Sequence record: OR352939.1
DNA from: Escherichia phage AV109
Direction: 5' to 3' (one strand)
DNA: 64,000 nucleotides
Part shown: positions 44,810 to 54,775 of the stretch, piece after piece
Position numbering within the stretch: the first letter of the stretch is position 1
Layout: each line of letters opens with the position of its first letter
Position numbers and translations under genes: made by a program
Notes under the pieces: generated by a model
Told to the model about the DNA's origin: nothing
Database searches by the model: none
The model's input: only the letters and a program-made list of their open reading frames with translations

Positions 44810-45496
44810 TTAGAAGTCGTGAGTAGAATCGGCTTCCATCGCAATAACATAACTTACTTGAGAGCTTTCAAACTTGGCTGCAACTTTATCACCAGCTCCC
44901 CACAACATTACTTTATAGTTACCTGGCTGGATTTTCATATTAGCCATATTGATTACGAAGTTAAAGTTGTTAGAACCATCATAATCGGTAAGAGTCAAAG
45001 AATACTTAGGACGAGTTAGTCCTGAATCTTCAACTTTATTATAGCCATTGATAACAATTTTACCATCTTTATTTGTAATAGCAATTGTATCAATCTGAAG
45101 ACCACGTGAAACTCGAAGCAATTGTTGAAGGTCTTCAGCTTTAATTTCAGTAATCACAGAAGCTACTGGGAATTGAATTGGCTTATTAGGAAAAACAATT
45201 GTGCTCTTGTCAGCGGCAGGCCAATAAACTGTGGAACGTGTATCTGCAATTTTAATATTGCCATCAGTGTGCATTGAAATTTCAGCATCATCAGACACTA
45301 GACTCAAAATGCTTAAGAAGCTATTCAAATCATAAAGTGCTACGTCAAAATCAATTTCATCAGAGATATTTGCTTCCGCATAAGTGGTGCCATTAACTGC
45401 ACGAGTCATAATAAATTTACCTTGACTCAGCAGAATGCCAGAGTTAATAGAAGCGAAGTTTTTCAGAATATTTACGGTTTCACGGCTAAGTTTCAT
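44810..45496 (-). CDS. 45: Sliding clamp gp45
   Basis: 228 aa, identical length to T4 gp45; position after 44. Confidence 0.85.
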   Translation of the reverse strand: MKLSRETVNILKNFASINSGILLSQGKFIMTRAVNGTTYAEANISDEIDFDVALYDLNSFLSILSLVSDDAEISMHTDGNIKIADTRSTVYWPAADKSTIVFPNKPIQFPVASVITEIKAEDLQQLLRVSRGLQIDTIAITNKDGKIVINGYNKVEDSGLTRPKYSLTLTDYDGSNNFNFVINMANMKIQPGNYKVMLWGAGDKVAAKFESSQVSYVIAMEADSTHDF

Positions 45497-46392
45497 TTAG
45501 GTTTCCTATTAGCATAATAATTTGTCCAAGACCGGATAGCACCTTGGTATGATTCATCATTAAAACCATGCTGAATTGCATGTTTTCTAAATGTAATATA
45601 ACTTGGTTTTCCTAAAGCAATCCACAATTCCTTTAATTTTTGTTCATGAAATATCCATGTACCTCTAGCTTTAGATTTTCTGAATTTATCCTTAAATTCT
45701 TTGGTTGCATTTCTTTTCGAAGCTGCGATAGAGGCCTTTGCTCTATTTTCAGGTTTAGACCAATACAATGTTTTAGATATTTTTATTTTATCTTTAACAT
45801 TAGGAGAATTCATTATATCTTTAAATTTTAAAGCAAAATCTCTATCGCTAAACATTTTTTTAGAAAGAATAGAAACTTTCTCTCTTCGTTCTTTGGTCCA
45901 ATATGTTTTTTGAAATTCTCTAATTGCGTTTAAATGATTCTCCGACAATTTGCAATTTTTTCTAACACCGACGTAATCTTCGTTTATTTCGTTTTTAGAA
46001 AGTTTTACTATTTTGCCTGTTTTTAAATTTTTATACGGTGCATATCCTTTAGCTGATATTCTAGACTTCTCGTTAGCATAAGCCTTATTAAAATATTTTT
46101 CATTTGAAACGGCTTTAACATTGAGTTGGAATAGTCTTTCTATTCTTCTAGGGTCTAATGTGGTTTCGCCTAAAATTTTTACAGAATATTCGCCTTGGTC
46201 TATTAATCTGGTATATAAAGGAGAATACGAGGAATTAACACTACCGGTATATATTTTACCGGTAGAATCTTCAATAATATCCTTTCCATTAAAATGACAC
46301 GAAACTTTAGAACCTATATAATAACACGGGTATTCATTTTTAATCTCACGATTATAAAAGGTTATAAGATATATTAAATTCATAATTATCAA
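45493..46392 (-). CDS. GIY-YIG-like homing endonuclease (Seg-like), basic C-terminal DNA-binding region
   Basis: 299 aa; N-terminal LIYLITFYNREIKNEYPCYYIGSK (GIY-YIG variant); Lys-rich C-terminus; paralogue of 57374..58195; inserted between 45 and rpbA. Confidence 0.5.
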   Translation of the reverse strand: MIIMNLIYLITFYNREIKNEYPCYYIGSKVSCHFNGKDIIEDSTGKIYTGSVNSSYSPLYTRLIDQGEYSVKILGETTLDPRRIERLFQLNVKAVSNEKYFNKAYANEKSRISAKGYAPYKNLKTGKIVKLSKNEINEDYVGVRKNCKLSENHLNAIREFQKTYWTKERREKVSILSKKMFSDRDFALKFKDIMNSPNVKDKIKISKTLYWSKPENRAKASIAASKRNATKEFKDKFRKSKARGTWIFHEQKLKELWIALGKPSYITFRKHAIQHGFNDESYQGAIRSWTNYYANRKPK

Positions 46393-46805
46393 GCAGCAAC
46401 CATCTGCTTTTTAATAGTTTCAGGCAGTGATTCAATATATTCTGGAATTTTAGAAGCAACAATTTCGCCAGCTGCAATTAGTTGTTCGTCGGCATCAACA
46501 CAGTAGGAATCTTCCAGACGCTCAGAACCGTCTTTATCAAGAACGATTTTTGCGCCAGCTTCAATAGAATCGTTATAGTGCTTACGCATCAGATGAATCC
46601 ACATATCAGATACATCGTTATCAATAAAACCATAAATCATAAAACGAGTTTCTTGTGGCAAAGATTGGAGTTTTTTAGCACTTGCGTCATCACAATGCAG
46701 GACCCATGCTTTACGAACACGATTATGGTTATGTGGGTTAGCGTCAGTACGGATAGAAGTAACTTTCAGATCAGCAGCAGTGAAACCTTTAGCAGTAGTA
46801 AACAT
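46389..46805 (-). CDS. rpbA: RpbA-like RNA polymerase-binding protein (by synteny)
   Basis: 138-aa ORF between gene 45 region and gene 46. Confidence 0.4.
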   Translation of the reverse strand: MFTTAKGFTAADLKVTSIRTDANPHNHNRVRKAWVLHCDDASAKKLQSLPQETRFMIYGFIDNDVSDMWIHLMRKHYNDSIEAGAKIVLDKDGSERLEDSYCVDADEQLIAAGEIVASKIPEYIESLPETIKKQMVAA

Positions 46806-46817
46806 ATTATTTCTCTC

Positions 46818-47018
46818 TTATTCGTAGAAGTCGGTAACTGTCCATGCAGAATTGCGATTAGACATTATTTTATTATACTCGTCTTTAAAAGCAGATTTGA
46901 GCATTTGTTCAGTAACAATATGTTCTTCACCTGAAAACGTATTGGTCAGAACATATTTTTTAATTTCAGGGACAACAAGAAGATGTTGTCCGGTTGAATA
47001 CTCCATGTTGTTCTCCAT
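46818..47018 (-). CDS. Hypothetical protein (45.2 position)
   Basis: 66-aa ORF. Confidence 0.4.
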   Translation of the reverse strand: MENNMEYSTGQHLLVVPEIKKYVLTNTFSGEEHIVTEQMLKSAFKDEYNKIMSNRNSAWTVTDFYE

Positions 47019-47060
47019 TTAATTTGATGTGGTCATTATAACCACATCGTGTTAAAGCGT

Positions 47061-48749
47061 TTATGAAACAGTCATTACCGTAAATCGTCCAACTTTGCTC
47101 ATTTGAAGATGTTGTCCATAAGCTTGTGGGTCATGGTCTCTGTGACTAATTATAAACACGTTTGCATCGGTTAGAGAGTTAAGAATTGTTGAAATAGCTT
47201 TAATACCTTCAGAATCAGTCGCGGAATCCATGACTTCGTCCATAATTAATGTATTGATTCTAACACCAGAGACCTTTTCAGCAATATCTCGCCATGTAAA
47301 CAACAACGCGATATCGATACGTGCTTTTTCACCTTGACTAAATGAAGCATAACTGAACTCTTCACGACCACGTGATTTTATAGATTCATTGAATTCTTCG
47401 TCAATAGAAAACACGTAATCAGCTTCCATGATTTTAAGATAATGGTTAATCTGCTTGTTGAACAGAGGCACATATTTTTTAATGATAGCACCTTTAATAC
47501 CAGAATCTTTTAACATATCTGTGATAATACCACGATGGTATTTTTCAAGAACGATATCCGATTTTGTTTTAATGATTTTATCAAGTTCTTTTTGAAGCAA
47601 AGCTATCTCATCGGCATGGTCGATAAATTCCGCTGAGGCTTGTTCTATTGCAGCTTTAACTTTCTTAGCTTTATCAATAGTGGCAATCATTGCTTGTTTC
47701 TTGGTACGAATATCAGATGCAAGGTCCTGTTTAGTCTTAACATTAGCTCTATATTCGTCCACTAGGACACTCAGATTATCTCTGTGGCAGGTAAGTTGCT
47801 CGAATGAGTGATTACATTCATGAAGCTTATCGGTAATCTTAGAGACAATAGGATCACCCTGGTGCAACTGTGATGCGCAAGTAGGACATGTACCGCCATC
47901 ATGATACATCTTAATAACTTTGTTGTATGAGTCAATTTTAGATTTAATCAAGAATGCTTCTTGTCCTATCTTGTTGAATGCCTCAGTAGGGTCTTCATCA
48001 AGAACGATATTAAGTAGTCGCTCATTAGCTTCTTCGATTTCTGCTTTTAATGAACGAGCTTCTTTAGCTAGGTCGTCATACATATTCTGTAGACGCGCTA
48101 CATTATCACCAGATAATTTCTTTTGACGTTCGATATTCTCGTTATAAATCTTAATTTGTTGGATAACACCATCTTTCTTGGCATCGAGAACTTGTCCCTG
48201 GGAATTAAGTTCTCGAACTTGAGACTTATTGATTTTATCCATTTCAGCGAGTGTGCCGACTTCTAAAAGGTCTTCGACAAGTTTTCTACGAGCAGGGGTG
48301 CTAAGAGCCATGAAAGGGGTATACCCTGCCGTCCCAAGCACAACGATCTGTTTAAAAGACGCGTATGACATTCCGATGCTACGTTCAAATTCTTCTTGGA
48401 AGTCACGACTGCTGGCAGATTCATCAAGACGAACACCGTCAACGGAGATTTCGAAAATATTGGGCTTTTGGCCACGTTTAATGAAGTATTTTTTATCATC
48501 GAATTCCATCCAAAGCTCAACTAAGAGCTCTTTCTTGTTCGTGCTATTAATGATTTGTCCTTTCTTAACATCACGAAATGGTTTACCGAAAAGTCCGAAA
48601 GTAATGGCTTCTAACATCGTAGATTTACCACCGCCATTTTTACCAGTGATTAATGTCTTTTGAACTTTATCTAATTGGATATCAATAGGATTCCCACCTA
48701 CCGACATGATGTTTTGATAACGAACACGATTTAATTTAAATGATTTCAT
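47061..48749 (-). CDS. 46: Recombination nuclease subunit gp46 (Rad50/SbcC-like ATPase)
   Basis: 562 aa; Walker A GKNGGGKST, coiled-coil middle with CPTC zinc hook, C-terminal Walker B LIMDEV. Confidence 0.9.
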   Translation of the reverse strand: MKSFKLNRVRYQNIMSVGGNPIDIQLDKVQKTLITGKNGGGKSTMLEAITFGLFGKPFRDVKKGQIINSTNKKELLVELWMEFDDKKYFIKRGQKPNIFEISVDGVRLDESASSRDFQEEFERSIGMSYASFKQIVVLGTAGYTPFMALSTPARRKLVEDLLEVGTLAEMDKINKSQVRELNSQGQVLDAKKDGVIQQIKIYNENIERQKKLSGDNVARLQNMYDDLAKEARSLKAEIEEANERLLNIVLDEDPTEAFNKIGQEAFLIKSKIDSYNKVIKMYHDGGTCPTCASQLHQGDPIVSKITDKLHECNHSFEQLTCHRDNLSVLVDEYRANVKTKQDLASDIRTKKQAMIATIDKAKKVKAAIEQASAEFIDHADEIALLQKELDKIIKTKSDIVLEKYHRGIITDMLKDSGIKGAIIKKYVPLFNKQINHYLKIMEADYVFSIDEEFNESIKSRGREEFSYASFSQGEKARIDIALLFTWRDIAEKVSGVRINTLIMDEVMDSATDSEGIKAISTILNSLTDANVFIISHRDHDPQAYGQHLQMSKVGRFTVMTVS

Positions 48750-49000
48750 ATGTATTCTCTTCGAATGAAGTCCTCTACATATTTTAACATGTCATCCCTA
48801 TCAGCAAAATATTCATCTAGTTCTGCATACATAACAACACCTGGTGCATACTCACAGGTAACATACATTGTTCCAAAGAAACGAGGAGTTGATTCCTCGT
48901 AATTCTCAGTCCATTCAACGATACCAATATAACCGTCACCAATACTAAATTCATGACGATGGATTTCATAATCAGTCTTCGTCATTATACGCATCCTCAA
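48746..49000 (-). CDS. Hypothetical protein (46.1 position)
   Basis: 84-aa ORF. Confidence 0.4.
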   Translation of the reverse strand: MRMRIMTKTDYEIHRHEFSIGDGYIGIVEWTENYEESTPRFFGTMYVTCEYAPGVVMYAELDEYFADRDDMLKYVEDFIRREYI

Positions 49001-49229
49001 TACACGCTTCAGCCATTTTAAGAATAGAGCCAGGAGTATCGTTGTCCATTATATTAAAGCTAAATTCAATAGCCCAGTCGGTGCAGACATGAACTGCTTT
49101 AACTTCATTGCCTTCAACGCGTAATGGCTCAATCCAATACTTGATAGTGTTCTCGAATCCATCGTCATCTTTAACGTCCATTTCAACTTCAAGCCTGAGT
49201 CCAGCATTGTTAAATTCATCTAAAGTCAT
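48972..49229 (-). CDS. Hypothetical protein (46.2 position)
   Basis: 85-aa acidic ORF. Confidence 0.4.
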   Translation of the reverse strand: MTLDEFNNAGLRLEVEMDVKDDDGFENTIKYWIEPLRVEGNEVKAVHVCTDWAIEFSFNIMDNDTPGSILKMAEACIEDAYNDED

Positions 49230-50248
49230 TGTGTTGCCTCAATATAAAGTTCGTTGGAATATTTGACCAGCGCTTCTCTGTCTTCATCTGAGATATCTGG
49301 AATCGCGTCAATATATTCTTTAATGATATCTTGAAGTGATTTAATCTCGATTTCCTGGTCGTCATCAGATTCAACACTGTTATCAACTTTAGAAACCATA
49401 CGAAGAGAGTGAACTACTTTTTCAAGTTCAGATTCAAACTTAGTCAACTCTGAATCAATTTCTGATACTATAACACGTACGGCTAGATTAGTATAATCAG
49501 AATAATTGATTTTGCCTTTAAATGGATAAGTGATTCGTCGATGCCATGTTGTTTCATTAGGAATAAATTCCATACGTTCAACATCAGTGTCAAATACCCA
49601 GAATCCGCGAGGGTCGTTCTCATCACCTGCAGTAAGGGTCCATGGTGTCCCAATATATTTGACGTTAGCAGCTTCAGAGATTGTGTGGAAGTGGCCAGAC
49701 CAGACTTGTTTATAGGTCTTTAAGAAATCAGGTTCAAGCCCATGAGACTTCATTCCTTTATAGAAATAGAAGCCATTTAATTCCCAGTGCCCAACACAAT
49801 ACGCTGCAGAAGAAGTCTTGATGTGCTCTAAGATTTCACCTGTATTTTCTTCACACATCCATGGAATCAAATCAATCAAGCACCCATCAAAATCTACTGT
49901 AGTTGGCTTATCATAAATTATTACGTTTTTACGATGGCTCAATAATTCTTGAACAGTGTTAGGATATAAGGTTGTTTTATAAAAGAGATCATGATTCCCA
50001 AGTATTGTATGGACTGTTATACCAGCGGCTTCCACCAAATCAAACATTTCACGCGTGAATTCCATACAACGTTGTGTGGTGTGGGCTCTGACATCAAATG
50101 TATCACCATATTGAATCCATGTTGTTATTCCATTTGCGACGGAATAGTCGATCATTTGTCTGAAACCGTCACGTTGTATAGCTTGAATCCAATCGTCGTC
50201 TTTTTTGACGCCTAGATGCAAATCGCCTATATTAAGTATTTTCATCAC
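49226..50248 (-). CDS. 47: Recombination nuclease subunit gp47 (Mre11/SbcD-like)
   Basis: 340 aa; metallophosphatase motifs (LNIGDLHLG, GDTFD, GNHD). Confidence 0.9.
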   Translation of the reverse strand: MMKILNIGDLHLGVKKDDDWIQAIQRDGFRQMIDYSVANGITTWIQYGDTFDVRAHTTQRCMEFTREMFDLVEAAGITVHTILGNHDLFYKTTLYPNTVQELLSHRKNVIIYDKPTTVDFDGCLIDLIPWMCEENTGEILEHIKTSSAAYCVGHWELNGFYFYKGMKSHGLEPDFLKTYKQVWSGHFHTISEAANVKYIGTPWTLTAGDENDPRGFWVFDTDVERMEFIPNETTWHRRITYPFKGKINYSDYTNLAVRVIVSEIDSELTKFESELEKVVHSLRMVSKVDNSVESDDDQEIEIKSLQDIIKEYIDAIPDISDEDREALVKYSNELYIEATQ

Positions 50249-51048
50249 ATACCTTTAAATTTGGAGTAAATTATATTGTGGTACGATATATCAGGAAACC
50301 CTTTATCGACCGCAATTTTTCTAAACTTATTAGGACTTATTTTACCACACTCCATCCATAATGCAAACAACTCGTCAAAATGCTCATATGCTGGACCTCG
50401 ACGAGCTTTTGACACAGCAGCACTTATGCGAGCCTTTTTCTCAGAATCAAGGTTTTTAAGAGAATTACTTATTTTATTTTTTTGCTCTTCTGAATTGAAG
50501 GTGCCTTTTTCCCAGCCTAAAGGTTGGCTTCCTTCATGGAACATTTTTCTTGAAGTTCCATTGGTATACCATATTTTACCTTTATTGTGCCCTGATGCTT
50601 TATATTTTGGTGAGCGTCCTTTTATAAATCCTTCAGGTATAGTAGGAGCAAATGTTTGTTCAAGGGTTTCTGGGTTATACGAATGTATGTTATTTTTGGC
50701 GTTATGAGACCCATATAATGGGTGATTTTTACCAGAAACATCACGCCCAAAGAAACCAGTTGGTGATGCCAAAGACATATTCATATACAAAGGATTTTTA
50801 TGAGCTTGAACTCTAATTTGATAGTCCTTTTCCACCTTTAAAGCTTCTTCTCGTGTTGGATGTTCGCTCAAAATACAAGAATCAAACAACGTAGGATTTT
50901 CTAAAAGTTCTTTGTTATAAATTTTACGATAGGCTTTAGATAGAATAGTACCATGATACCCGTTTAAATGTTTTTCTAAGCTAGTCGAACCTATGTAAAA
51001 AGGTGGTAGCTTATCTCCAGAATAAATTGTCAAATAGACTATAAACAT
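50245..51048 (-). CDS. GIY-YIG homing endonuclease (Seg-like)
   Basis: Start at ATG 51048 (MFIVYLTIYSGDKLPPFYIGST) with AAGGAG RBS; paralogue of 15140..15823; occupies the slot where T4 has 47.1/alpha-gt. Confidence 0.6.
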   Translation of the reverse strand: MFIVYLTIYSGDKLPPFYIGSTSLEKHLNGYHGTILSKAYRKIYNKELLENPTLFDSCILSEHPTREEALKVEKDYQIRVQAHKNPLYMNMSLASPTGFFGRDVSGKNHPLYGSHNAKNNIHSYNPETLEQTFAPTIPEGFIKGRSPKYKASGHNKGKIWYTNGTSRKMFHEGSQPLGWEKGTFNSEEQKNKISNSLKNLDSEKKARISAAVSKARRGPAYEHFDELFALWMECGKISPNKFRKIAVDKGFPDISYHNIIYSKFKGM

Positions 51049-51071
51049 ATATTTCTCCTTTGATTTAAGGA

Positions 51072-51102
51072 GATTATAACACGCCTTTAATGAAGCGTAA
51101 AC
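51072..51102 (-). promoter_or_regulatory. Putative early promoter for the homing endonuclease gene
   Basis: Minus strand GTTTAC (plus gtaaac 51097-51102) with TATAAT about 19 nt downstream. Confidence 0.35.
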
Positions 51103-51106
51103 AAAA

Positions 51107-51129
51107 AAAGGAAGCACTAGGCTTCCTTT
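51107..51129. terminator. Intrinsic terminator, strong on minus strand (9-bp stem + U7), also terminator-like on plus strand
   Basis: aaaggaagc actag gcttccttt; minus strand has the hairpin followed by UUUUUUUGUUU. Confidence 0.55.
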
Positions 51130-51193
51130 TGATATCGCCTAAGGCTTATAGGTCCTTAGAAATCTGGATGTTCATCTTCAACAAAGCTAGTAT

Positions 51194-51409
51194 TCATCGC
51201 TGCCACCATTTTTTAAGTTGATGTGAATCTACCCATACCTTCGCTACAGGCTCAATATTAAAAATACCATCGGACGTACGTCCAATCATTTTGTATTCGG
51301 TTTCAGATTGCTTGATACAAATATCACCATAAGAGCGAAGTCTAAAAGCGGCTCCTACTAGAAGCCGTTTAAACTTTGTTTGAACTAGCGCCATTAATGA
51401 TGTCCTCAA
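51194..51409 (-). CDS. Hypothetical protein
   Basis: 71-aa ORF. Confidence 0.4.
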   Translation of the reverse strand: MRTSLMALVQTKFKRLLVGAAFRLRSYGDICIKQSETEYKMIGRTSDGIFNIEPVAKVWVDSHQLKKWWQR

Positions 51410-51692
51410 TAGCCTGACGAGTAGTAACCCACTGGATTTTAATTAACTTGTCATTATATGGTTGTCTTAGAATATCCCGAGATTTCTTAATAGCATATTC
51501 GTAAGCTTCGAAGTTGTTTTGAATTGCTGCTTCTTGAGCATGAGCATAAAGACGGTTTAGTTCAAAACGATTCTTTTTAAGAATCTTTTCGGATTTTTTA
51601 CGTGCTTCAGCTTCATTTTTCTTTTGGATTTCTTGTAGCATTTTAGCTACTGCATCTTCTGCTTCTTTATTTTCAATAATCTCGGTAGTCAT
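51369..51692 (-). CDS. Hypothetical protein
   Basis: 107-aa ORF, Lys/Glu-rich. Confidence 0.4.
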   Translation of the reverse strand: MTTEIIENKEAEDAVAKMLQEIQKKNEAEARKKSEKILKKNRFELNRLYAHAQEAAIQNNFEAYEYAIKKSRDILRQPYNDKLIKIQWVTTRQAIEDIINGASSNKV

Positions 51693-51693
51693 A

Positions 51694-51909
51694 TTATCTC
51701 ATTAAATTAAAATAAAAACGTCCGTCCTCTTCAATACAGAACTCATACTCAACCGGAGTCCCATTTATCGAAAATAACACGTCATGTGGGTTCAAAGGGT
51801 CGATGTCAAAATTAATTTTAAATTCACGACCCAACAGTTTTACCAAATAAGGGATTGCTTCGTCAAAAGGTTCTTCTAAGTAGTTAGAGATGTCAATTGT
51901 CATCCTCAT
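51694..51909 (-). CDS. Hypothetical protein
   Basis: Start uncertain (MRMTIDIS); the track ORF 51694..51987 overlaps the 3' end of gene 55. Confidence 0.3.
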   Translation of the reverse strand: MRMTIDISNYLEEPFDEAIPYLVKLLGREFKINFDIDPLNPHDVLFSINGTPVEYEFCIEEDGRFYFNLMR

Positions 51910-52450
51910 ATAAAAAATCCAAACTAGGCGAATCGCTAACAACTTCCTTCTTTTCAGCCCCAGGAGCTTTATAAGCGGATTCTTCATAATGCGTCATTTT
52001 ATCGTAGATGTCTTGAATAAACGTTTCATCTACCAACGCTACCATATCATCGTCATGACTGTCGTAGACATTATGAACGAAGTAACTATATTTCTTTGCA
52101 ACTTCCTTACGTTCTTTTTTGATACGTTGGACAAAAGCATTAAAACAAGCTCGAGTTATGTATGCATGTGGGTTATTGTACTTAGTTTCGTCGAAATTAT
52201 GAAGTCCCTTAATAGAGGCTTCAATCCCATCTGCAATCATCTCCTGCTTCCAAGACTGGGTATATCCTGAAAAGTTGAAACGTTTGGACAGGCCTTCGGC
52301 GATAAGCATAATTGCTAAACCGATGGTATCATTCTGACGAATAATTTTGTTTGGGTCTTTATTATTTAAGAGCTCCTTTTTCCACTCGATTATAGCGGCG
52401 AGAAGCTCTTTATTATTCACATAGTTATTTTTAGGTTTTTGTTCAGTCAT
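51893..52450 (-). CDS. 55: Late sigma factor gp55
   Basis: Start at Met7 ([17 protein letters not shown]) with GAGGT RBS gives 185 aa as T4 gp55; near-identical in recalled blocks ([55 protein letters not shown]). Confidence 0.9.
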   Translation of the reverse strand: MTEQKPKNNYVNNKELLAAIIEWKKELLNNKDPNKIIRQNDTIGLAIMLIAEGLSKRFNFSGYTQSWKQEMIADGIEASIKGLHNFDETKYNNPHAYITRACFNAFVQRIKKERKEVAKKYSYFVHNVYDSHDDDMVALVDETFIQDIYDKMTHYEESAYKAPGAEKKEVVSDSPSLDFLYEDDN

Positions 52451-52605
52451 AAGTACCTCTTGGCTCAATTCATAGGTCTATTATATCATAATATTTAGAG
52501 ACCTATCTTAAAGCACGAGATACTATCAAAGATACGTAACTTTCATAAAGTTGTCGACTTAAAATTCACCAAACTTTTCTTCGGTTATAGCGATTCAAGA
52601 TAGTT

Positions 52606-52833
52606 TCATTCTATTTCCTTTGCTGCAAATAAGGCAGCATCCAACGAATCAAATTGGTCAACAAAATCAATATTTAACGCATCGTCAACCGTAGCATATA
52701 ACCACCATTGTTTGAATTCATATTCAAGAATAAATCCAGGCCCTTCAATCTGAGGAAGACCTAGGCTATTTGTACCAACTTCGTAACCAGCTAGACGGAG
52801 GTCATTAATCAAAGTTTCTGTTAATACGCTCAT
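52606..52833 (-). CDS. Hypothetical protein
   Basis: 75-aa ORF. Confidence 0.4.
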   Translation of the reverse strand: MSVLTETLINDLRLAGYEVGTNSLGLPQIEGPGFILEYEFKQWWLYATVDDALNIDFVDQFDSLDAALFAAKEIE

Positions 52834-53162
52834 TTTACCGCCTTAACAATTTTCAAGTCAACGAATTTTTTCTTACGTTGATTTTTCATACGACGGATAG
52901 TCTTTTCAGAGATTTCATGTTTCTGATAAGCTTTAGATTCAACACCAAATGCAGCAACGTCAAATTCAGAAAGAATATATTGTACTAGAATTTCACGAAT
53001 AGAATTACGTCCAATTTTCTGGTCGTGTTTTTGCATGATTTCATAAAGACGGAATTCCCACGCGTCAAGAACTTGAGGAGTAACAATATTGCCGGATTCC
53101 AGAAGAGCAACAACTTTATCGAAAGCGAAAGAATTAACTACGTTTTTGATTTTAGTAGACAT
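52830..53162 (-). CDS. Hypothetical protein
   Basis: Start at Met14 (MSTKIKNV) with GAGGAAA RBS; the track start at 53201 lies inside the promoter -10 element. Confidence 0.4.
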   Translation of the reverse strand: MSTKIKNVVNSFAFDKVVALLESGNIVTPQVLDAWEFRLYEIMQKHDQKIGRNSIREILVQYILSEFDVAAFGVESKAYQKHEISEKTIRRMKNQRKKKFVDLKIVKAVK

Positions 53163-53199
53163 ATTATTTTCCTCGGTTATTTTATTATCCAATGAGAGC

Positions 53200-53228
53200 A
53201 TTATACTCTGCTCTCAAGAGTTTGTAAA
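53200..53228 (-). promoter_or_regulatory. Early promoter (TTTACA -35, N17, TATAAT -10), second copy of the 35-bp element found before ndd
   Basis: 53192..53226 identical to 6284..6318; -10 inside dyad GAGAGCAGAGTATAATGCTCTC. Confidence 0.5.
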
Positions 53229-53231
53229 TCG

Positions 53232-53432
53232 TTATCCGAACTTTTTAGCGCCTTTCCAGCCTTCGTACATAACTGCACAAGTCAGTAGTACAGCGTGCTG
53301 GCATTCTTTGTATTTGTAAATCCAGAACCAGCGTAAGAAGTCTTCATCCTCAACGCCGTTGAGTTTCATATTGGCAAAGAATTCGGCACGTTCTTCACGA
53401 AGCTTTTGCGATAACATAGATTCAGGATTCAT
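53232..53432 (-). CDS. Hypothetical protein
   Basis: 66-aa ORF. Confidence 0.4.
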   Translation of the reverse strand: MNPESMLSQKLREERAEFFANMKLNGVEDEDFLRWFWIYKYKECQHAVLLTCAVMYEGWKGAKKFG

Positions 53433-53570
53433 TTTGCGTTCCAGGCCCCATTTTCATCGATGAACTTAATCCAGTCATTTACAGACCATTTAGTTGTATC
53501 ACCCTTTGGATTAACATTTAAAGTATATAATCCCTGCTTAAAAAGCATTCGTTTGATATTCATAATTTCC

Positions 53571-53891
53571 TCAACTATAACGATAACATTCGTTAGCTTT
53601 ACGTTTGGCTTCAGTATGAGAAGTATTATAATCATACTCTTCTTTACTGTAAACATCTTTTTTCAACTTACGAACTTCTTTGCGGAGTTGTCGATTCATT
53701 TCGTTCTTGACTTCAGAATCAACGCCTTTCATACGTTTCCATTTATCTGAGCGGAAGATGTTTTCAACCATGTCTTTGTGGCTAACACCGTCAGGAGCTT
53801 TACGCTTACCAAAATAGTCGTAATCGCGAACTTTCAAATCTTTACGACGATATGTTTTACCCATAAGTACCTCAGAGGTTGATTGATACAA
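53571..53891 (-). CDS. Hypothetical basic protein
   Basis: 106-aa Lys/Arg-rich ORF. Confidence 0.4.
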   Translation of the reverse strand: MYQSTSEVLMGKTYRRKDLKVRDYDYFGKRKAPDGVSHKDMVENIFRSDKWKRMKGVDSEVKNEMNRQLRKEVRKLKKDVYSKEEYDYNTSHTEAKRKANECYRYS

Positions 53892-54120
53892 TGCGTTTGA
53901 TAAAATTCACTTCACTTACTGAAAGGTCTTTAAGACCGATTGATTCTAAACGCTGAATAAAAGTCAACATTGGGATATAGTCCCAATGTGTTTTAGACGT
54001 TTGATAAGTACGGACGCCATTAGCAATTTCAACGTTCAAATCGGAAATGGTAATGAATATCAGACGTTCGTTATTTACATTAAGAGATAGAACAACTTTC
54101 TTTGAATCTAAACTAATCAC
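53872..54120 (-). CDS. Hypothetical protein
   Basis: 82-aa ORF. Confidence 0.4.
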   Translation of the reverse strand: MISLDSKKVVLSLNVNNERLIFITISDLNVEIANGVRTYQTSKTHWDYIPMLTFIQRLESIGLKDLSVSEVNFIKRIVSINL

Positions 54121-54299
54121 GGCTTAATTTCCTTCGCAATTGAACAGAAGATACCACGGTCACAAAGCATTTCACCAATTTCTGGATATTTGATTGAACG
54201 GTACCAAACATCCAGGCTTGAAACTCTGGTTATCTGTACTGCATTACCGTTGACAGAATAGTACTGGTCAACCTTAATTTCTTTATCTTCAATTGTCAT
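54117..54299 (-). CDS. Hypothetical protein
   Basis: Start at internal Met (MTIEDKEIKV) with GAGGAAA RBS; the upstream part of the track ORF contains gtaaac promoter-like sequence. Confidence 0.35.
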   Translation of the reverse strand: MTIEDKEIKVDQYYSVNGNAVQITRVSSLDVWYRSIKYPEIGEMLCDRGIFCSIAKEIKP

Positions 54300-54464
54300 T
54301 TTATTTTCCTCTATAGTAGATGGTTTAATCTTAACACATCTATCGAGGATGTAAACTGTTTTATGAAAATATTTTTGATTTGAGAGGGGCACAAGGAGAT
54401 AGTGAAGTGAAGATTCCAATGGATTATATTAGAAATGAGATAAAGAAGACCAGGCGGCACCTGG

Positions 54465-54773
54465 TCAATCTTCTATGATATCAGAGTCGTATCCTAATGA
54501 AATCAAGGACTTTTTAAACTCTGCAATATTCTTTTGTTTCTTATCATTTAAAAATATGACAGGATAACGAATATTAAGTGAAGTGAATCCTGCACGTTTA
54601 GCAAGAGATACGATTAAAGGACGGTCATATTCAATCTTACCATTATTAGTGAGGACTTTATAAAATGTATAAGGAGCATTGAGCTCCTTTAAAAGTTTTG
54701 TAACAGTATAACATCCTGGACAACGTCCAACTTCTTCAGGGATGCCATAAATTTCAATCTTGTTGTGTTCCAC
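54465..54773 (-). CDS. nrdH: Glutaredoxin-like protein NrdH
   Basis: 102 aa; CPGC redox motif near N-terminus; precedes nrdG/nrdD. Confidence 0.6.
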   Translation of the reverse strand: MEHNKIEIYGIPEEVGRCPGCYTVTKLLKELNAPYTFYKVLTNNGKIEYDRPLIVSLAKRAGFTSLNIRYPVIFLNDKKQKNIAEFKKSLISLGYDSDIIED

Positions 54774-54775
54774 AA

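Noticed and set aside
50245-51117. Alpha-glucosyltransferase expected between genes 47 and 55, and beta-glucosyltransferase expected between uvsX and 42
   Set aside because: Neither position encodes a protein recognisable to me as agt or bgt; the agt slot holds a GIY-YIG endonuclease and small ORFs, and the bgt slot holds a P-loop kinase plus an unknown protein.
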